From: Clostridia bacterium | GTDB taxonomy: Bacteria; Bacillota; Clostridia; Christensenellales; Aristaeellaceae | Direction: 5' to 3' | Assembly: GCA_045658005.1 (NCBI GenBank) | Contig: JAZOUD010000143.1 | Coordinates: 1,130-65,129, forward strand | DNA: 64,000 nucleotides | Part shown: piece by piece, positions 9,778 to 20,282 of the stretch | Layout of the letters: each line of letters begins with the position of its first letter | How positions within the stretch are numbered: position 1 is the stretch's first letter | Notes under the pieces: model-generated | What the model saw: only the letters and a program-made list of their open reading frames with translations | Databases searched by the model: none | What the model was told of the DNA's origin: nothing | Program-made: the position numbers and the translations under genes

Positions 9778-9806
9778 TTGATTTTTACCGGCCCGGGGTA
9801 TATAAT
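9778..9806 (+). promoter_or_regulatory. Sigma-A-type promoter (TTGATT, 17 nt, TATAAT)
   Basis: The hexamers lie at 9778-9783 and 9801-9806, 58 nt upstream of the amidohydrolase start. Confidence 0.55.
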
Positions 9807-9864
9807 GGAGCCGATGGGCGGGGTGCAGCCGCATTTCGCCCGGAATAAGCGGGGGTGACAAGAC

Positions 9865-10773
9865 ATGTTTGGCGACTGTCACATTCACATGGTCCTGGAC
9901 GGCGTCTATTACAGGGACGCCATCGACGCCCACAGGGGGCACGTGCGCGACGACCTGATCCGCGAGACGCTCGCCGACTATGCCAGAGCCGGTATACGCT
10001 ACCTGCGTGACGGCGGCGACGCCTTTGGCGTCTGCCAGCGGGCCAGGGCGCTGGCGCCGGAGTATGGGATCGAGTACCGGATCCCCTGCTTCCCGATCTG
10101 CCTGAAGGGACGCTACGGCAGCTTTATCGGCCGGACGTTCGAGACGATGGCCGATTATCGCGCCCTTGTGGCCGAGGTGGACAGGGCCGGGGGCGACTTC
10201 ATCAAGATCATGATCTCCGGCCTGATGGACTTTGACCGCTACGGCGTCGTCACCAGCACCCCGCTGTCGGCCCGGCAGATCCGGGAGATGATCGACATCG
10301 CCCACGGCGAGGGCTTTTCGGTGATGGCCCATGCCAACGGCGCAGAGACGATCCGCGCGGCCCTGGAGGCGGGCGTGGACAGCGTCGAGCACGGCGCCTA
10401 TATGGACGCGGACACCGTTAGCGCCATGGCCCACAGCGGCGCGGTGTGGGTGCCCACCCTTTCCACCGTGGGCAACCTGATCGGTAACGGCAGGTATCCC
10501 GACGCGGTGCTCCGGAGCATACTGGACGGGCAGCTTCTCAATATCGCGGAATGCGCCCGGCAGGGGGGCTGCATCGCCCTGGGCAGCGACGCGGGCGCCT
10601 ATTGCGTGTTCCACGCCCGGGCCGTGGAGGACGAATACGCATGGCTCGAGCGCGCGCTGGGCGCTGAGACCGAAGCCGTAATCACCGCGGGCGAAGCCGG
10701 GATTCGCCGCCGGTTCAGGCGCGGCGGTCTGGCATCTTTTACAGAAGGGCGGGAAACGCATGACGCCGACTGA
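9865..10773 (+). CDS. Metal-dependent amidohydrolase-family protein
   Basis: It has an N-terminal DCHIHM (HxH) motif, later HANG and EHG motifs, and a SDAG aspartate. Length is 302 aa. Confidence 0.75.
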   Translation: MFGDCHIHMVLDGVYYRDAIDAHRGHVRDDLIRETLADYARAGIRYLRDGGDAFGVCQRARALAPEYGIEYRIPCFPICLKGRYGSFIGRTFETMADYRALVAEVDRAGGDFIKIMISGLMDFDRYGVVTSTPLSARQIREMIDIAHGEGFSVMAHANGAETIRAALEAGVDSVEHGAYMDADTVSAMAHSGAVWVPTLSTVGNLIGNGRYPDAVLRSILDGQLLNIAECARQGGCIALGSDAGAYCVFHARAVEDEYAWLERALGAETEAVITAGEAGIRRRFRRGGLASFTEGRETHDAD

Positions 10774-11452
10774 AATCCGCGAAGCGCTGTACCAGCTTCG
10801 GGACGAAGAATACCGCGCCTTTCAGGTCAAGCTGATCCCCAATATCGCGCCCGATACGATGATCGGCGTTCGAACGCCCGCATTGCGCAGCCTGGCGAAG
10901 CAGCTGTACAGGGCAGGGGATTACGCCGCCTTTCTGGCCGAGCTTCCCCACCGCTGCTTTGACGAGAACCAGCTGCACGCGTTCATACTCTCCGAGATGC
11001 GGGACTTTGAGACGTGCATTGAAGAAACCTGTCGGTTCCTTCCCTATGTGGACAACTGGGCGACCTGCGACCAGCTTTCGCCGAAGGCCTTCAAAAAGCA
11101 CCGCCAACAGCTGCCGGAATACATAAGCGTCTGGCTCGCTTCCGGGCATACCTACACCGTCCGCTTTGCCATCGGCATGCTGATGGCCCACTTTCTGGAT
11201 GAGGCTTTTGACCCGGAATATCTGCGCACGGTCTCGCAGGTGCGCTCAGAGGAATACTACGTCCGTATGATGGTGGCCTGGTACTTTGCCACGGCCCTTG
11301 CCAAGCAGTACGACGCGGCGCTGCCCTATATCGAGGAACGCAGGCTGCACCCCTGGACCCATAACAAGGCCATCCAGAAGGGCGTCGAGAGCAATCGCAT
11401 CCCCGATGAACGCAAGGCATACCTGAAGACCCTGAGGGCGCGATCCACCTGA
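10760..11452 (+). CDS. DNA alkylation repair protein (AlkD-like HEAT-repeat family)
   Basis: The sequence ...YRAFQVKLIPNI....IGVRTPALRSLAK... and the length (230 aa) are typical of the family. It overlaps the upstream gene by 14 nt. Confidence 0.7.
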   Translation: MTPTEIREALYQLRDEEYRAFQVKLIPNIAPDTMIGVRTPALRSLAKQLYRAGDYAAFLAELPHRCFDENQLHAFILSEMRDFETCIEETCRFLPYVDNWATCDQLSPKAFKKHRQQLPEYISVWLASGHTYTVRFAIGMLMAHFLDEAFDPEYLRTVSQVRSEEYYVRMMVAWYFATALAKQYDAALPYIEERRLHPWTHNKAIQKGVESNRIPDERKAYLKTLRARST

Positions 11453-11456
11453 CAGG

Positions 11457-13160
11457 TTACTGCACCTGCGCGGCGTTGACGGCGGTGTAATACGCCTCCA
11501 GCTTCGGCCGGGCCCGCTGGTAACTGGGCTCGAGCCGGGCGTCGAAATGCTTGCCCATGCCCTCCATGATGATGGCGTTGGCCTGGTCGAAGGGCATGCT
11601 CTCCTTGTAGACGCGCTTGCTGACCAGCGCGTCGTACACGTCGGCGATGGCCATGATCCGCGCTTCGATGGGAATCTCCTCGCCCTTCAGGCCCTCGGGA
11701 TAGCCGGAGCCGTCCCAGCGCTCGTGGTGGTAGTGGGCCACGTTCTCGGCGATGCGCTTGAAATCCGCGTCGTCGGTGCCCTTTAGGATCTCGTGGACAA
11801 TGCGCGCGCCCTCGGCGGCATGGGCCTTCATCTTTTCAAATTCCTCCGGCGTAAAGCGACCGGGCTTGCGCAGCACGGCGTCGTCCACGGCGATCTTGCC
11901 GAGGTCGTGCATCGGCGCGGCCTTGATCAGGTCCTGGCAGAAACCGTCGGACAGCGCGAAGACCCCGTCCGCCTGGATCTGGGCGGTGAGCAGCCGCACG
12001 CCCTCGCTGGTACGCCGGATGTGGCCGCCGGTGGAATTGTCCCGGCTTTCGACCATGGTCGCCATGCTCAGTATCAGGTTGTCGTGCATCGCGACGATGT
12101 GCGCCGTCTTCTCGTCCACCTCACGCTTCAGCTCGTCGTTGAAGTTGGCCAGCAGGTTGATGTACTGCCGGTCCGGGGTATCGTCGATGATGAAGAGCTG
12201 GTAGCCCCGCCGCCGGTGCCCGTCAAACAGGTAGCCGACCTGGATCTGGTAGATGCGATTGTTGCGCTCCAGCAGTCTGGTGTTGTCGGCTTCGTTGCTT
12301 CGAAACGCCTCGAGCCAGGCAAGCAGCGTATCCTTCATCGCGGGGACCCTGGCCAGCGGCCGGTCGACGGTCAGCTCGTTCAGCTCCGGCAGCACGGCCT
12401 TCGCCGTGGCGTTGCTGCCCAGGTAATTGAGTTTGAAGTCCACGGAGACGAAGCCGGTGTCGCCGTTCTGCACCAGTGAGTCGATGGCCGTGTCGGTGAC
12501 GTCGTACAGGCACATCTTGTCCACGATGATCAGGTAGACCACCAAGGCCAGCGTGAAGGAAAGGGGAATCAGCTCGATCCCCTTGAACAGCCTGCGCCCG
12601 CCGAAGAAGCTGACGATCGAGAGTATCACAGGCAGGAAGAGCAGGAAGATCAGCTTTCGCGAGATCTGTTTTTTTCGCGTATAGCTGTAGACCATCGCGC
12701 CGATGCTCGCCAGGAAGCAGGCGAAGATCATGATGTAGTATACGATGTGTACCGGACCGTATACCTTGGTGAAGACCAGGGCATCCTCCGTTCGCTGGAA
12801 ATTTACGGATTGGTAGATCAGGCCGCTTGCGCCGTTGTACAGCTGGCAGATGAAGAGGGCCGTATTGACCGCCAGCAGCCCCACGGATATCCACCGCGGA
12901 AGCCTGATGTGACAAAGGCTGAACACGGTGAACATCATGATCGGAAGCAGGTAACAGCCGCTGATGTAGGTCAGCACGTTGGCCAACAACGCCTCACCGA
13001 GGGTTTGAGACCTGCTGAACAGGCAGTAGCCCAGGTTGACGACGGGCACCAGCACAAAAACCAGCGTGATGTGCACATCGAAGTGCTTGTGCCACATGCC
13101 CACATAGGCGAGCATGAGCGCCAGGGACGCGATCAGCGCAATCTCGTAGTACAGTGTCAA
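11457..13160 (-). CDS. Membrane-anchored HD-GYP domain phosphohydrolase (probable c-di-GMP phosphodiesterase)
   Basis: There are about 6-7 N-terminal TM helices. The C-terminal motifs are HDLGK and HHERWDGSGYPEGL. Confidence 0.85.
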   Translation of the reverse strand: MTLYYEIALIASLALMLAYVGMWHKHFDVHITLVFVLVPVVNLGYCLFSRSQTLGEALLANVLTYISGCYLLPIMMFTVFSLCHIRLPRWISVGLLAVNTALFICQLYNGASGLIYQSVNFQRTEDALVFTKVYGPVHIVYYIMIFACFLASIGAMVYSYTRKKQISRKLIFLLFLPVILSIVSFFGGRRLFKGIELIPLSFTLALVVYLIIVDKMCLYDVTDTAIDSLVQNGDTGFVSVDFKLNYLGSNATAKAVLPELNELTVDRPLARVPAMKDTLLAWLEAFRSNEADNTRLLERNNRIYQIQVGYLFDGHRRRGYQLFIIDDTPDRQYINLLANFNDELKREVDEKTAHIVAMHDNLILSMATMVESRDNSTGGHIRRTSEGVRLLTAQIQADGVFALSDGFCQDLIKAAPMHDLGKIAVDDAVLRKPGRFTPEEFEKMKAHAAEGARIVHEILKGTDDADFKRIAENVAHYHHERWDGSGYPEGLKGEEIPIEARIMAIADVYDALVSKRVYKESMPFDQANAIIMEGMGKHFDARLEPSYQRARPKLEAYYTAVNAAQVQ

Positions 13161-13310
13161 CGTCTTTCCCTCCCTATGGCCCTATTCTACCATATACCGA
13201 CGGCATAGGCAACCGGCTTTTTCGGAAAACCGCAAGCGTCATTTTGATTGTGGACAAGCGGCCCTTCCTGTGATAGAATGCAGAAAAGGGTTATATTGGA
13301 GGGTAGACGG

Positions 13311-14177
13311 ATGATGAGGATTATTGCCGCCGCGCTGGCTGTGCTGTCGGTATGGACCGGCACACTGGCAGCAGCGGAAACGCGCTGGATCAGCAATGAA
13401 AACAAAGCGCACTTTGCCTCGCTTCTGACCGCGTTGGCAGGCGCCTATGAGTCGCCGTCGGAAGGCGACGACGCGCGCATCGACGCCGAGCTCCAGGCGA
13501 TTGGCGATGTGAGCGAATCGGACTACGACATCGCCCAGGCCATCGCCGGGCATTGGCGCGACGTCTTCCTGGACGACGACTATCCGCTATTCATCTACCG
13601 TGAGGGAGAGGAGCGGGCGACGTCCCTTGAGCAGACCAGCCTGCGGGACAGCCCGCACCACGCCTTTGTGGTGCTGGGCTATGAGTTGGAGAACGGGCAG
13701 ATGAAGCCGGAGCTGAAGGGCCGGTGCGACGCCGCTGCCGCCGCGGCCCGGGCCTTTCCCAGCGCGATCCTCGTCTGCTCCGGCGGCCCGACCGGCGACA
13801 ACAATCCCTCGAAGCACACCGAGGCGGGCTTGATGCGGGATTACCTGGTGGAGCGTTGCGGGATAGACGCCTCGCGGATACACATCGACGAGCAGGCGAT
13901 GACGACCCTGGAGAACGCAGCCAATACCATGGATATGCTGCAACAGCAGGGCATAGAGACGATGACCATCGTCACCTCCACCTACCACCAGCGCTGGGGA
14001 CAGGCGGTTTACAACGCCGTGGCCGCGCTGTACCGGCATTATTTCGGCTATTCGGTGGAAATCGTGGGCAACTACTGCTATGACACTGAGCCCGAGCACG
14101 ACATGTACCGAAACGACGATCGCATGGCGATTCGCCAGATCGCCCAGCTGCTGAACGTCCCGATGGAACGGAAATGA
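13311..14177 (+). CDS. YdcF/DUF218 (ElyC/SanA-type) family protein, secreted
   Basis: The start at 13311 (MMRIIAAALAVLSVW...) follows RBS GGAGGG. The DUF218 core is VVLGYEL...GRCDAA...ILVCSGG. Confidence 0.65.
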   Translation: MMRIIAAALAVLSVWTGTLAAAETRWISNENKAHFASLLTALAGAYESPSEGDDARIDAELQAIGDVSESDYDIAQAIAGHWRDVFLDDDYPLFIYREGEERATSLEQTSLRDSPHHAFVVLGYELENGQMKPELKGRCDAAAAAARAFPSAILVCSGGPTGDNNPSKHTEAGLMRDYLVERCGIDASRIHIDEQAMTTLENAANTMDMLQQQGIETMTIVTSTYHQRWGQAVYNAVAALYRHYFGYSVEIVGNYCYDTEPEHDMYRNDDRMAIRQIAQLLNVPMERK

Positions 14178-14201
14178 TCCATTCAGTTGAACGGGATATC
14201 C

Positions 14202-15425
14202 TCATCCGTCGATCAGCCGGACCTGATCGCCCACGACGTCGACGATTTCATGGTAGCTTTCGACCATGCGACTGTAATTCCTGTCGTCCATGCCGGCGGG
14301 ACGGCGCTCCAGATATCGCCCGGAGGGCAGCACCCTGATCCGGCCGTCCTGCTTCCAGGTATAGGTGGGAATGTAGCCCACGCGTTCGCAGGTGAACCGG
14401 CCGTCGGGCTGTTCGCTGACGGGAAAATCCAGGATCACGCCGTTGTCGGTGTACCGAAGCACGTGGTCGCTGATGAAGTTGCCCATGCAGTACGCGGTGA
14501 GCACCTGCTTTTCCAAGCCGTCCACGGTGACGGATTGAAAGTCGACGGGCTGAACCATGTGGGCGTGGCTGCCGAGTATGATGTCCACTCCGGCCCGGGC
14601 CAGCTGTGCCGCGTATCGCCTCTGGCTGTCGTCGGGTTGACGCAGGAACTCCTCGCCCCAGTGGGGAAAGGCGATGACCACCTCCGCGCCGGCATCCCGC
14701 AGCCGCTTCACGTCGCCGTCGAAATCGGCCATGCTGAGGTAGGGCACCAGGTCGACGGCCCTTGGGTGAACGGCGCGGTTTTCCATGGTGTTGGTGCTCA
14801 GGGTGTAGGCCAGGAAGCCGAACCGTATGCCGTTGACCTCGCGTATCACGGGGCACTGCTTCTCCGCCTGATCGCGGTAGGCGCCCACGTGGCCAAGGCC
14901 GTACTTTTCCACGCTGTTCAGCGTGTTTTCCACGCCGCCCTCCCAGCGGTCCAGCATGTGGTTGTTGGCCAGCGTCAAAAAATCGACGCCACAGTCCCTC
15001 AGCGGCGCCAGGGCCGCCTCGGGCGCGTTGAACCGGGGATAGCCGGAACAGGGGATATCCCCATACCTGCCGACGGTGCCCTCCAGATTGCCTGCGGTAA
15101 AGTCGGCGTCCGACAGCAGCTCGGATATCATCTCAAACTGGTCGTGGAAGTCGCCGCCGCTGCGCTCTGCGCAGGCGAGCTGGCCCTGGCAGAACATGAT
15201 GTCGCCGACTGCCCGAATCCGGGCGCGACGCAATGCAGCGCCGGACTGCCGGTCAGTGGCCGGCGCGAGAGGCATGCCCGTACCGACGTTATGCGCTGTC
15301 TTGCTTTTTGGAGTATGAATATTTGCAGGCACGGCCTGGGATTCAAGGGAAATCACCGGACGGGTCTGACCGTCGCGGGGGCGGCTGAGGCCACGGTTCT
15401 CCGAGTCGATTCGCACTGATCTCAC
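14202..15425 (-). CDS. CapA/PGA_cap-family metallophosphatase-fold protein
   Basis: Motifs GDIMFCQG, NLEGT, LANNHMLD and GSHAHMVQP are present. The start codon is uncertain (GTG at 15425). Confidence 0.75.
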   Translation of the reverse strand: MRSVRIDSENRGLSRPRDGQTRPVISLESQAVPANIHTPKSKTAHNVGTGMPLAPATDRQSGAALRRARIRAVGDIMFCQGQLACAERSGGDFHDQFEMISELLSDADFTAGNLEGTVGRYGDIPCSGYPRFNAPEAALAPLRDCGVDFLTLANNHMLDRWEGGVENTLNSVEKYGLGHVGAYRDQAEKQCPVIREVNGIRFGFLAYTLSTNTMENRAVHPRAVDLVPYLSMADFDGDVKRLRDAGAEVVIAFPHWGEEFLRQPDDSQRRYAAQLARAGVDIILGSHAHMVQPVDFQSVTVDGLEKQVLTAYCMGNFISDHVLRYTDNGVILDFPVSEQPDGRFTCERVGYIPTYTWKQDGRIRVLPSGRYLERRPAGMDDRNYSRMVESYHEIVDVVGDQVRLIDG

Positions 15426-15559
15426 CTTCCGGGCAATCGAATATGCGCCAACATTATAACGAATATCGCGCTGCTTTGCAATGCGAATGCGGAAAAGCAG
15501 TACGGCTCACGCATTGCAGTAATAGATACCAATAATGAACGCATGAAAGGAGCATCAGG

Positions 15560-15859
15560 ATGATGAAAAGAATGATTTGCCTGATACTGACGCTTTGCCT
15601 GCTGTTGACCACAGGGGCGCTGGCCGACCAGGAGGCCCAGGCGCAGCTGGAGAAGGAGATCGACCTTTTGAACGACCTGGCCGGCCGAAAGGGCGTGGTG
15701 CTGATGTACGGACCCGGCTTCAGCGCGCCTGACGGGACCGTCCGCATCTCCCTGGCCAACCTGAACACGGAGGATTACGCCCAGATCGCCAGGCGGCTGT
15801 TCGAGCTGCTGGACGAGTATTATGCGGAATCTGGAATCGCCCTAGCGAACGCCGCATAA
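15560..15859 (+). CDS. Small secreted hypothetical protein
   Basis: 99-aa ORF with signal peptide MMKRMICLILTLCLLLTTGALA. No family was recognised. Confidence 0.45.
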   Translation: MMKRMICLILTLCLLLTTGALADQEAQAQLEKEIDLLNDLAGRKGVVLMYGPGFSAPDGTVRISLANLNTEDYAQIARRLFELLDEYYAESGIALANAA

Positions 15860-15950
15860 GGGCCGCTCCAAAAGGCGATTCGCCGCCGGACGGCTGGTTT
15901 TTCCGTATCCTGGAACAGCCGTGAACATACTGGATCAAGGAGGACTGAAC

Positions 15951-17072
15951 ATGCGCTTGCTTCACATTGCGGATCTGCACCTGGGCAAGCAGATGAACGA
16001 CCTTTCCCTGCTGCCGGATCAGGAATTCATCCTTCAGCAGATACTGTCCATTGCCCAAAGCGAACGGGTGGACGCCGTCCTGATTTCAGGAGACGTTTAC
16101 CAGCGCTCCTCTCCCCAGGCGGAGGCCATGGCGCTGTTCGATTCCTTCGTGTCTCGATTGGCGGGCCTGGGCAAGAAGGTATTTGTCATCAGCGGCAACC
16201 ACGATTCCGCGCTTCGTGTCTCCTACTTCGCGTCCCTCGTCAAGTCCTCCGGCGTCTACGTGTCGGAGGCGTTCGACGGCACGCTGCAAAGCGTTTCGCT
16301 CAGCGACCTGTACGGGGAGATCACGGTATGGCTGCTTCCATTTTTGCGCCCCTCCCAGGTGAAGCGCAAGCTGCCGGGGGAAAGGATCGTCTCCTATCAG
16401 GACGCCGTGGAAGCGGTGCTGAGGCAGACGCCCATCGACACCAAGAAGCGAAACGTACTTCTGTGCCATCAGTTCATCACCGGCAGCGAGACCTCGGATT
16501 CCGAGGAGAGGGCGGTGGGCGGACTGGACAACATCGACGCCGCCGTGTTCGACGCCTTCGACTACGTCGCCCTGGGACACATCCACAGGCCCCAGAAGGT
16601 GCTGCGGGACACCCTGCGATATGCGGGCTCGCCCCTGAAGTATTCCTTCTCCGAGGCGGGCCATCAAAAGAGCGTGGCCGTCGTGGACATGCTCGAAAAG
16701 GGGGAGGTCGCGGTGCGCACCCTGCCCCTGTATCCGTTGCACGACGTGCGCCTGATCGAGGGCAGGATGGACGAGCTGATGGAGATGCCCTATTCGGAGG
16801 ATTATCTCTGGGTGACGGTGCACGATGAGCTGCCGCCGCCGGATGCCCGGGTGACGCTGAGCGTCAATTATCCCAATATGATGAAGTTCTCCATCGTCAA
16901 TTCCAGGACAAAGTATGATGTGGACGTACTGGCCACCGAGGGCATGGAGAACAAAACCGTCGCCGAGCTGTTCAGCGATTTTTACCGGCTGCAGAACAAC
17001 GATCAGGCGCCTGGCGAAGCGCATCAGAGGGTGCTTAACAAGGTACTGAAGGAATTGGAGGGAAGCACATGA
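15951..17072 (+). CDS. sbcD: Exonuclease SbcD (Mre11-type nuclease)
   Basis: The start at 15951 (MRLLHIADLHLG) follows RBS AAGGAGGA. GNHD and GHIH phosphoesterase motifs are present. Confidence 0.9.
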   Translation: MRLLHIADLHLGKQMNDLSLLPDQEFILQQILSIAQSERVDAVLISGDVYQRSSPQAEAMALFDSFVSRLAGLGKKVFVISGNHDSALRVSYFASLVKSSGVYVSEAFDGTLQSVSLSDLYGEITVWLLPFLRPSQVKRKLPGERIVSYQDAVEAVLRQTPIDTKKRNVLLCHQFITGSETSDSEERAVGGLDNIDAAVFDAFDYVALGHIHRPQKVLRDTLRYAGSPLKYSFSEAGHQKSVAVVDMLEKGEVAVRTLPLYPLHDVRLIEGRMDELMEMPYSEDYLWVTVHDELPPPDARVTLSVNYPNMMKFSIVNSRTKYDVDVLATEGMENKTVAELFSDFYRLQNNDQAPGEAHQRVLNKVLKELEGST

Positions 17073-19699
17073 AGCCGTTGAACCTGACGCTCTCGGCCTT
17101 TGGCCCGTATGCCCGGGAGTGCTCGGTGGATTTTTCCCGGCTTGGCGAGGATGGCCTGTTCCTGATCGCCGGGGATACCGGCGCGGGAAAGACGACGCTG
17201 TTCGATGCCATCAGCTTTGCGCTCTACGGCGAGGCCTCCGGCGGCAAGGAACGCCGCAGGAGCAAGTCCTTTCGCTCGGACTACGCCGCCGGCAAGACGG
17301 AGACCTGGGCGGAGCTGACCTTCCGCCACAAGGGAGGCGCCTGGCGCATACGCCGCAATCCCGAATACGAGCGCCCGAAGAAATCCGGCGAGGGCACCAC
17401 GACCCAGACCGCCTGGGCCCAATTGACCAATCTCGATACCGGCGAGACCTGGGAAGGGCTGACAGAGGTCAACGGCAAGGTCTATGAATTGCTCGGCCTG
17501 ACCCAGGACCAGTTCACCCAGACGGTGATGATCGCCCAGGGCGATTTCCTGAAGATACTCAACGCCTCCTCCGACGACAGGAAGGCGCTGTTCCAAAAGC
17601 TGTTCAACACCTCTGTGTATGCGGGTCTGCAGCTGAAACTGAAGGATATGAACACCGCGTGCATCCGGGAGAGGGAGGACCTGGAACGGACCATCGCCAT
17701 CGCAGCGGACAAGATCGACCCGGAGCCCGATTTTCCGGAGCGGGACAGCATCGCATTCTACAAATCGGATGCCAAATACGCAGACCTTCTGTCGGAATGT
17801 CTCGCGCATCTGATCGAAGGGGAGAAGGCCGAGCGCGCAAAGGCGACGGACAGAAGGCAGGCAGCCGGCGAGCAGACGGACGCCCTCATCGCCGCGATCG
17901 AGCAGGCCAAGGCGGTCAACGTGGATTATGAAGCGCTGGCAAAGGGAGAAAGGGAACTGGCCGCGCTGCTTGACCGGCAGAGCGCCATGGACGACCTCGA
18001 AGACACGTTGCAGAGGGCGCGAAAGGCGCAGGGCCTGCTGCCCGATGAAACGCTGGTGCGCTCCAACGCCATGGCGATTGAAAACCAGCGCAAGGAGCTG
18101 GCCGAAGCGATCGAAGCCGTGACATCCGCGGAGGGCGCCCTGCCCGCGGCAGAGGCCCGAAGGCTGGAAGCGGAAGCCCATGCGCCGGATGTGGAGAACC
18201 TGCTGGCCTCCGCAAGGCAGCTGTCCGACGGCATCCCGGTGCTGAAGGAACTGGAAGGGCAGAAAAGGCAGCTGGCGCAACGGGAAAAGCAGCTCACACA
18301 GCTGCTCAAGGCCAGCAACGAGGCCGATCAGGCCTATGCCGCCGCCAAGGAAGGCTACTATCGCAGCCAGGCGGGGCTGCTGGCGTCTGAGCTGGAGCCG
18401 GGAAAGCCCTGTCCCGTGTGCGGCGCGCTGTCCCATCCGCAGCCTGCGCAGCTGGCGGCAGAGTCCGTCACCAGGGAGGCCATGGAAGAGGCGGACCGGC
18501 GGCATCGCGGTGCCGCCGACGCGCTGCACAGGACCGACAACAGCCTGACCGCGCTTCGAACGCAGGTGGACAAGGATGCCGCCCGCCTGCGGGACATGGG
18601 TATTGCGGAGGCGGAGACCGAGCGGCACCTGCAACAGCGAATCAGCGACTTGAACACACAGGCCATGCGCTACCGCGAGGCCATCGAGGAAAGCCGGAAG
18701 GCCTGCAACGCGCTCACGGTCGCCCTGGAGAAGAACCGTACCGCCGTCGAGCAGAAGCAGAAGAGCCTTGCAGGCCTTCTGGAGGCGGGCGAACAGCTGA
18801 AAAAGCGATTCATGGCGCGCCTGGCTGCCGCAGGCTTTGAGGACGAACGCGCCTATCAGCTTGCCAGGCTGCCGGACGACGCGGTGAACGATATCGAAGC
18901 AAGGCTGAAAAAATACGGCGAGCAGAGGACCTCCCTGGCGGATCAGACGTCCAGCCTTCGCCGGAAGCTGGCGGGGAAGGAGAAGATCGACCTGTCCGGC
19001 CTGGAGCAGCGGCAGCGGGATTGGAAGGCGAAGCGAATCGCAGCCGAGCAGGCGGAAGCCGCGCTCGCCGGAAAGCTGGCGCTGCATGAGGATGCCCTGA
19101 AGGCGATCCAGCGCGCCTGCAGGCAAAAGAAGCGAAATGAAGAATACTGGGCGGTGGTCAGGGACCTCTACAACTGTTGCGCCGGGATCGCCGGCGGCAA
19201 CCGGCGGGCCAAGCTGACCTTTGAGGCCTATGTCCAGCAGTACTATTTCAAGCAGGTCGTGGCCGCGGCAAACAAGCGGCTCACCGTGTTGACCGACGGG
19301 CTGTTCACCCTGCGCTGCAAGGCGGAGGCCCGGGACCGGGTGCGCCAGAGCGGGCTCGACCTGGATGTGCTGGACCGGGGCACGGGCCAGTGGCGGGACG
19401 TGAGCACGCTTTCCGGGGGCGAATCCTTCCTGGCCAGCCTGGCCCTGGCCCTGGGCCTGTCCGACGTGGTGCAGGCCCAGAGCGGCGCGATTCGCATGGA
19501 CGCCATGTTCATCGACGAGGGGTTCGGCACGCTGGACGACAATGCCCTGCGCAATTCCCTGCGGGTGCTCGCGGACCTGGCCGACGGCAAGCGCCTCATC
19601 GGCATCATCTCCCATGTGCACGACCTTGAGGAGCGCATCGAAAGGCAGATCGTCGTCACCAAGACGCCGAAGGGCTCAAAGATCGACGTCATCGCATGA
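17069..19699 (+). CDS. sbcC: Exonuclease SbcC (Rad50-type SMC ATPase)
   Basis: It overlaps the sbcD stop by 4 nt. It has Walker A GDTGAGKTT, a long coiled coil with a CPVCG zinc hook, the signature LSGGE and Walker B FIDEGFG. Confidence 0.9.
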   Translation: MKPLNLTLSAFGPYARECSVDFSRLGEDGLFLIAGDTGAGKTTLFDAISFALYGEASGGKERRRSKSFRSDYAAGKTETWAELTFRHKGGAWRIRRNPEYERPKKSGEGTTTQTAWAQLTNLDTGETWEGLTEVNGKVYELLGLTQDQFTQTVMIAQGDFLKILNASSDDRKALFQKLFNTSVYAGLQLKLKDMNTACIREREDLERTIAIAADKIDPEPDFPERDSIAFYKSDAKYADLLSECLAHLIEGEKAERAKATDRRQAAGEQTDALIAAIEQAKAVNVDYEALAKGERELAALLDRQSAMDDLEDTLQRARKAQGLLPDETLVRSNAMAIENQRKELAEAIEAVTSAEGALPAAEARRLEAEAHAPDVENLLASARQLSDGIPVLKELEGQKRQLAQREKQLTQLLKASNEADQAYAAAKEGYYRSQAGLLASELEPGKPCPVCGALSHPQPAQLAAESVTREAMEEADRRHRGAADALHRTDNSLTALRTQVDKDAARLRDMGIAEAETERHLQQRISDLNTQAMRYREAIEESRKACNALTVALEKNRTAVEQKQKSLAGLLEAGEQLKKRFMARLAAAGFEDERAYQLARLPDDAVNDIEARLKKYGEQRTSLADQTSSLRRKLAGKEKIDLSGLEQRQRDWKAKRIAAEQAEAALAGKLALHEDALKAIQRACRQKKRNEEYWAVVRDLYNCCAGIAGGNRRAKLTFEAYVQQYYFKQVVAAANKRLTVLTDGLFTLRCKAEARDRVRQSGLDLDVLDRGTGQWRDVSTLSGGESFLASLALALGLSDVVQAQSGAIRMDAMFIDEGFGTLDDNALRNSLRVLADLADGKRLIGIISHVHDLEERIERQIVVTKTPKGSKIDVIA

Positions 19700-19774
19700 C
19701 CACATGCGAATCGGCACAGGCCGAAGTGTTTGTAGAAAACAACAGAAATGGACGCCGGCGTCAGAACGGAGTGA

Positions 19775-20254
19775 ATGAAGATGGATTACATACATGAGCT
19801 GAGGAAGATCACCGGCCCGCGCAAGCTGATACTGAACTGCGCCGGCGCTGTGATCGTCCGGGATGACCGCATATTGCTCCAGCGGCGAACGGACAACGGG
19901 AAGTGGGGCCTGATCGGCGGGCTGCTGGAGATGAACGAGACCTACGAGGAAGCCGCGCTCCGGGAGATTCGGGAGGAGACCGGCCTGGAGGTGGCGCTGG
20001 ACAGCTTTCTCGGCATCTTCCACAATCACGATATGGTCTGGGGCAACGGCGACGCGGCGCATGTGATAGCCGCCATGTACACCGCCCGTATCGTCAGCGG
20101 GGAGCCCAGGATCGACGAGGAATCTTATGAGCTGAGGTTCTTCTCCAGGGAGGAGATGCCGGAGCTGTTCGCGGAGGATCAGATCGCGGCCCTGGACGCC
20201 TATTTCAGAGGCGTGCGCCATCCGCTGTTGCAGGAGAACCGGATGGTGAACTGA
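19775..20254 (+). CDS. NUDIX hydrolase
   Basis: The Nudix box is GGLLEMNETYEEAALREIREETGL. Length is 159 aa. Confidence 0.85.
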   Translation: MKMDYIHELRKITGPRKLILNCAGAVIVRDDRILLQRRTDNGKWGLIGGLLEMNETYEEAALREIREETGLEVALDSFLGIFHNHDMVWGNGDAAHVIAAMYTARIVSGEPRIDEESYELRFFSREEMPELFAEDQIAALDAYFRGVRHPLLQENRMVN

Positions 20255-20282
20255 AATCTGTGGGTCCCCGCGCCTTGTCCAC

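Noticed and set aside
14202-15425. The CapA-family gene as evidence for a poly-gamma-glutamate capsule locus
   Set aside because: No capB or capC (ligase or membrane partners) lie adjacent. The protein lacks an obvious N-terminal membrane anchor. Stand-alone CapA-like metallophosphatases are common.
17024-19621. Very long antisense ORFs opposite real genes. Examples on the minus strand are 17024..19621, 35895..37568, 43219..45147, 48153..50303, 38466..40352 and 44490..46547.
   Set aside because: Their translations are low-complexity and rich in Arg, Gly, Ala, Pro, His and Gln, with no motifs. The opposite strand encodes proteins with unambiguous family signatures (SbcC, SBP5, the P-type ATPase, GlgB). 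This is the typical stop-codon-poor antisense frame of high-GC DNA.
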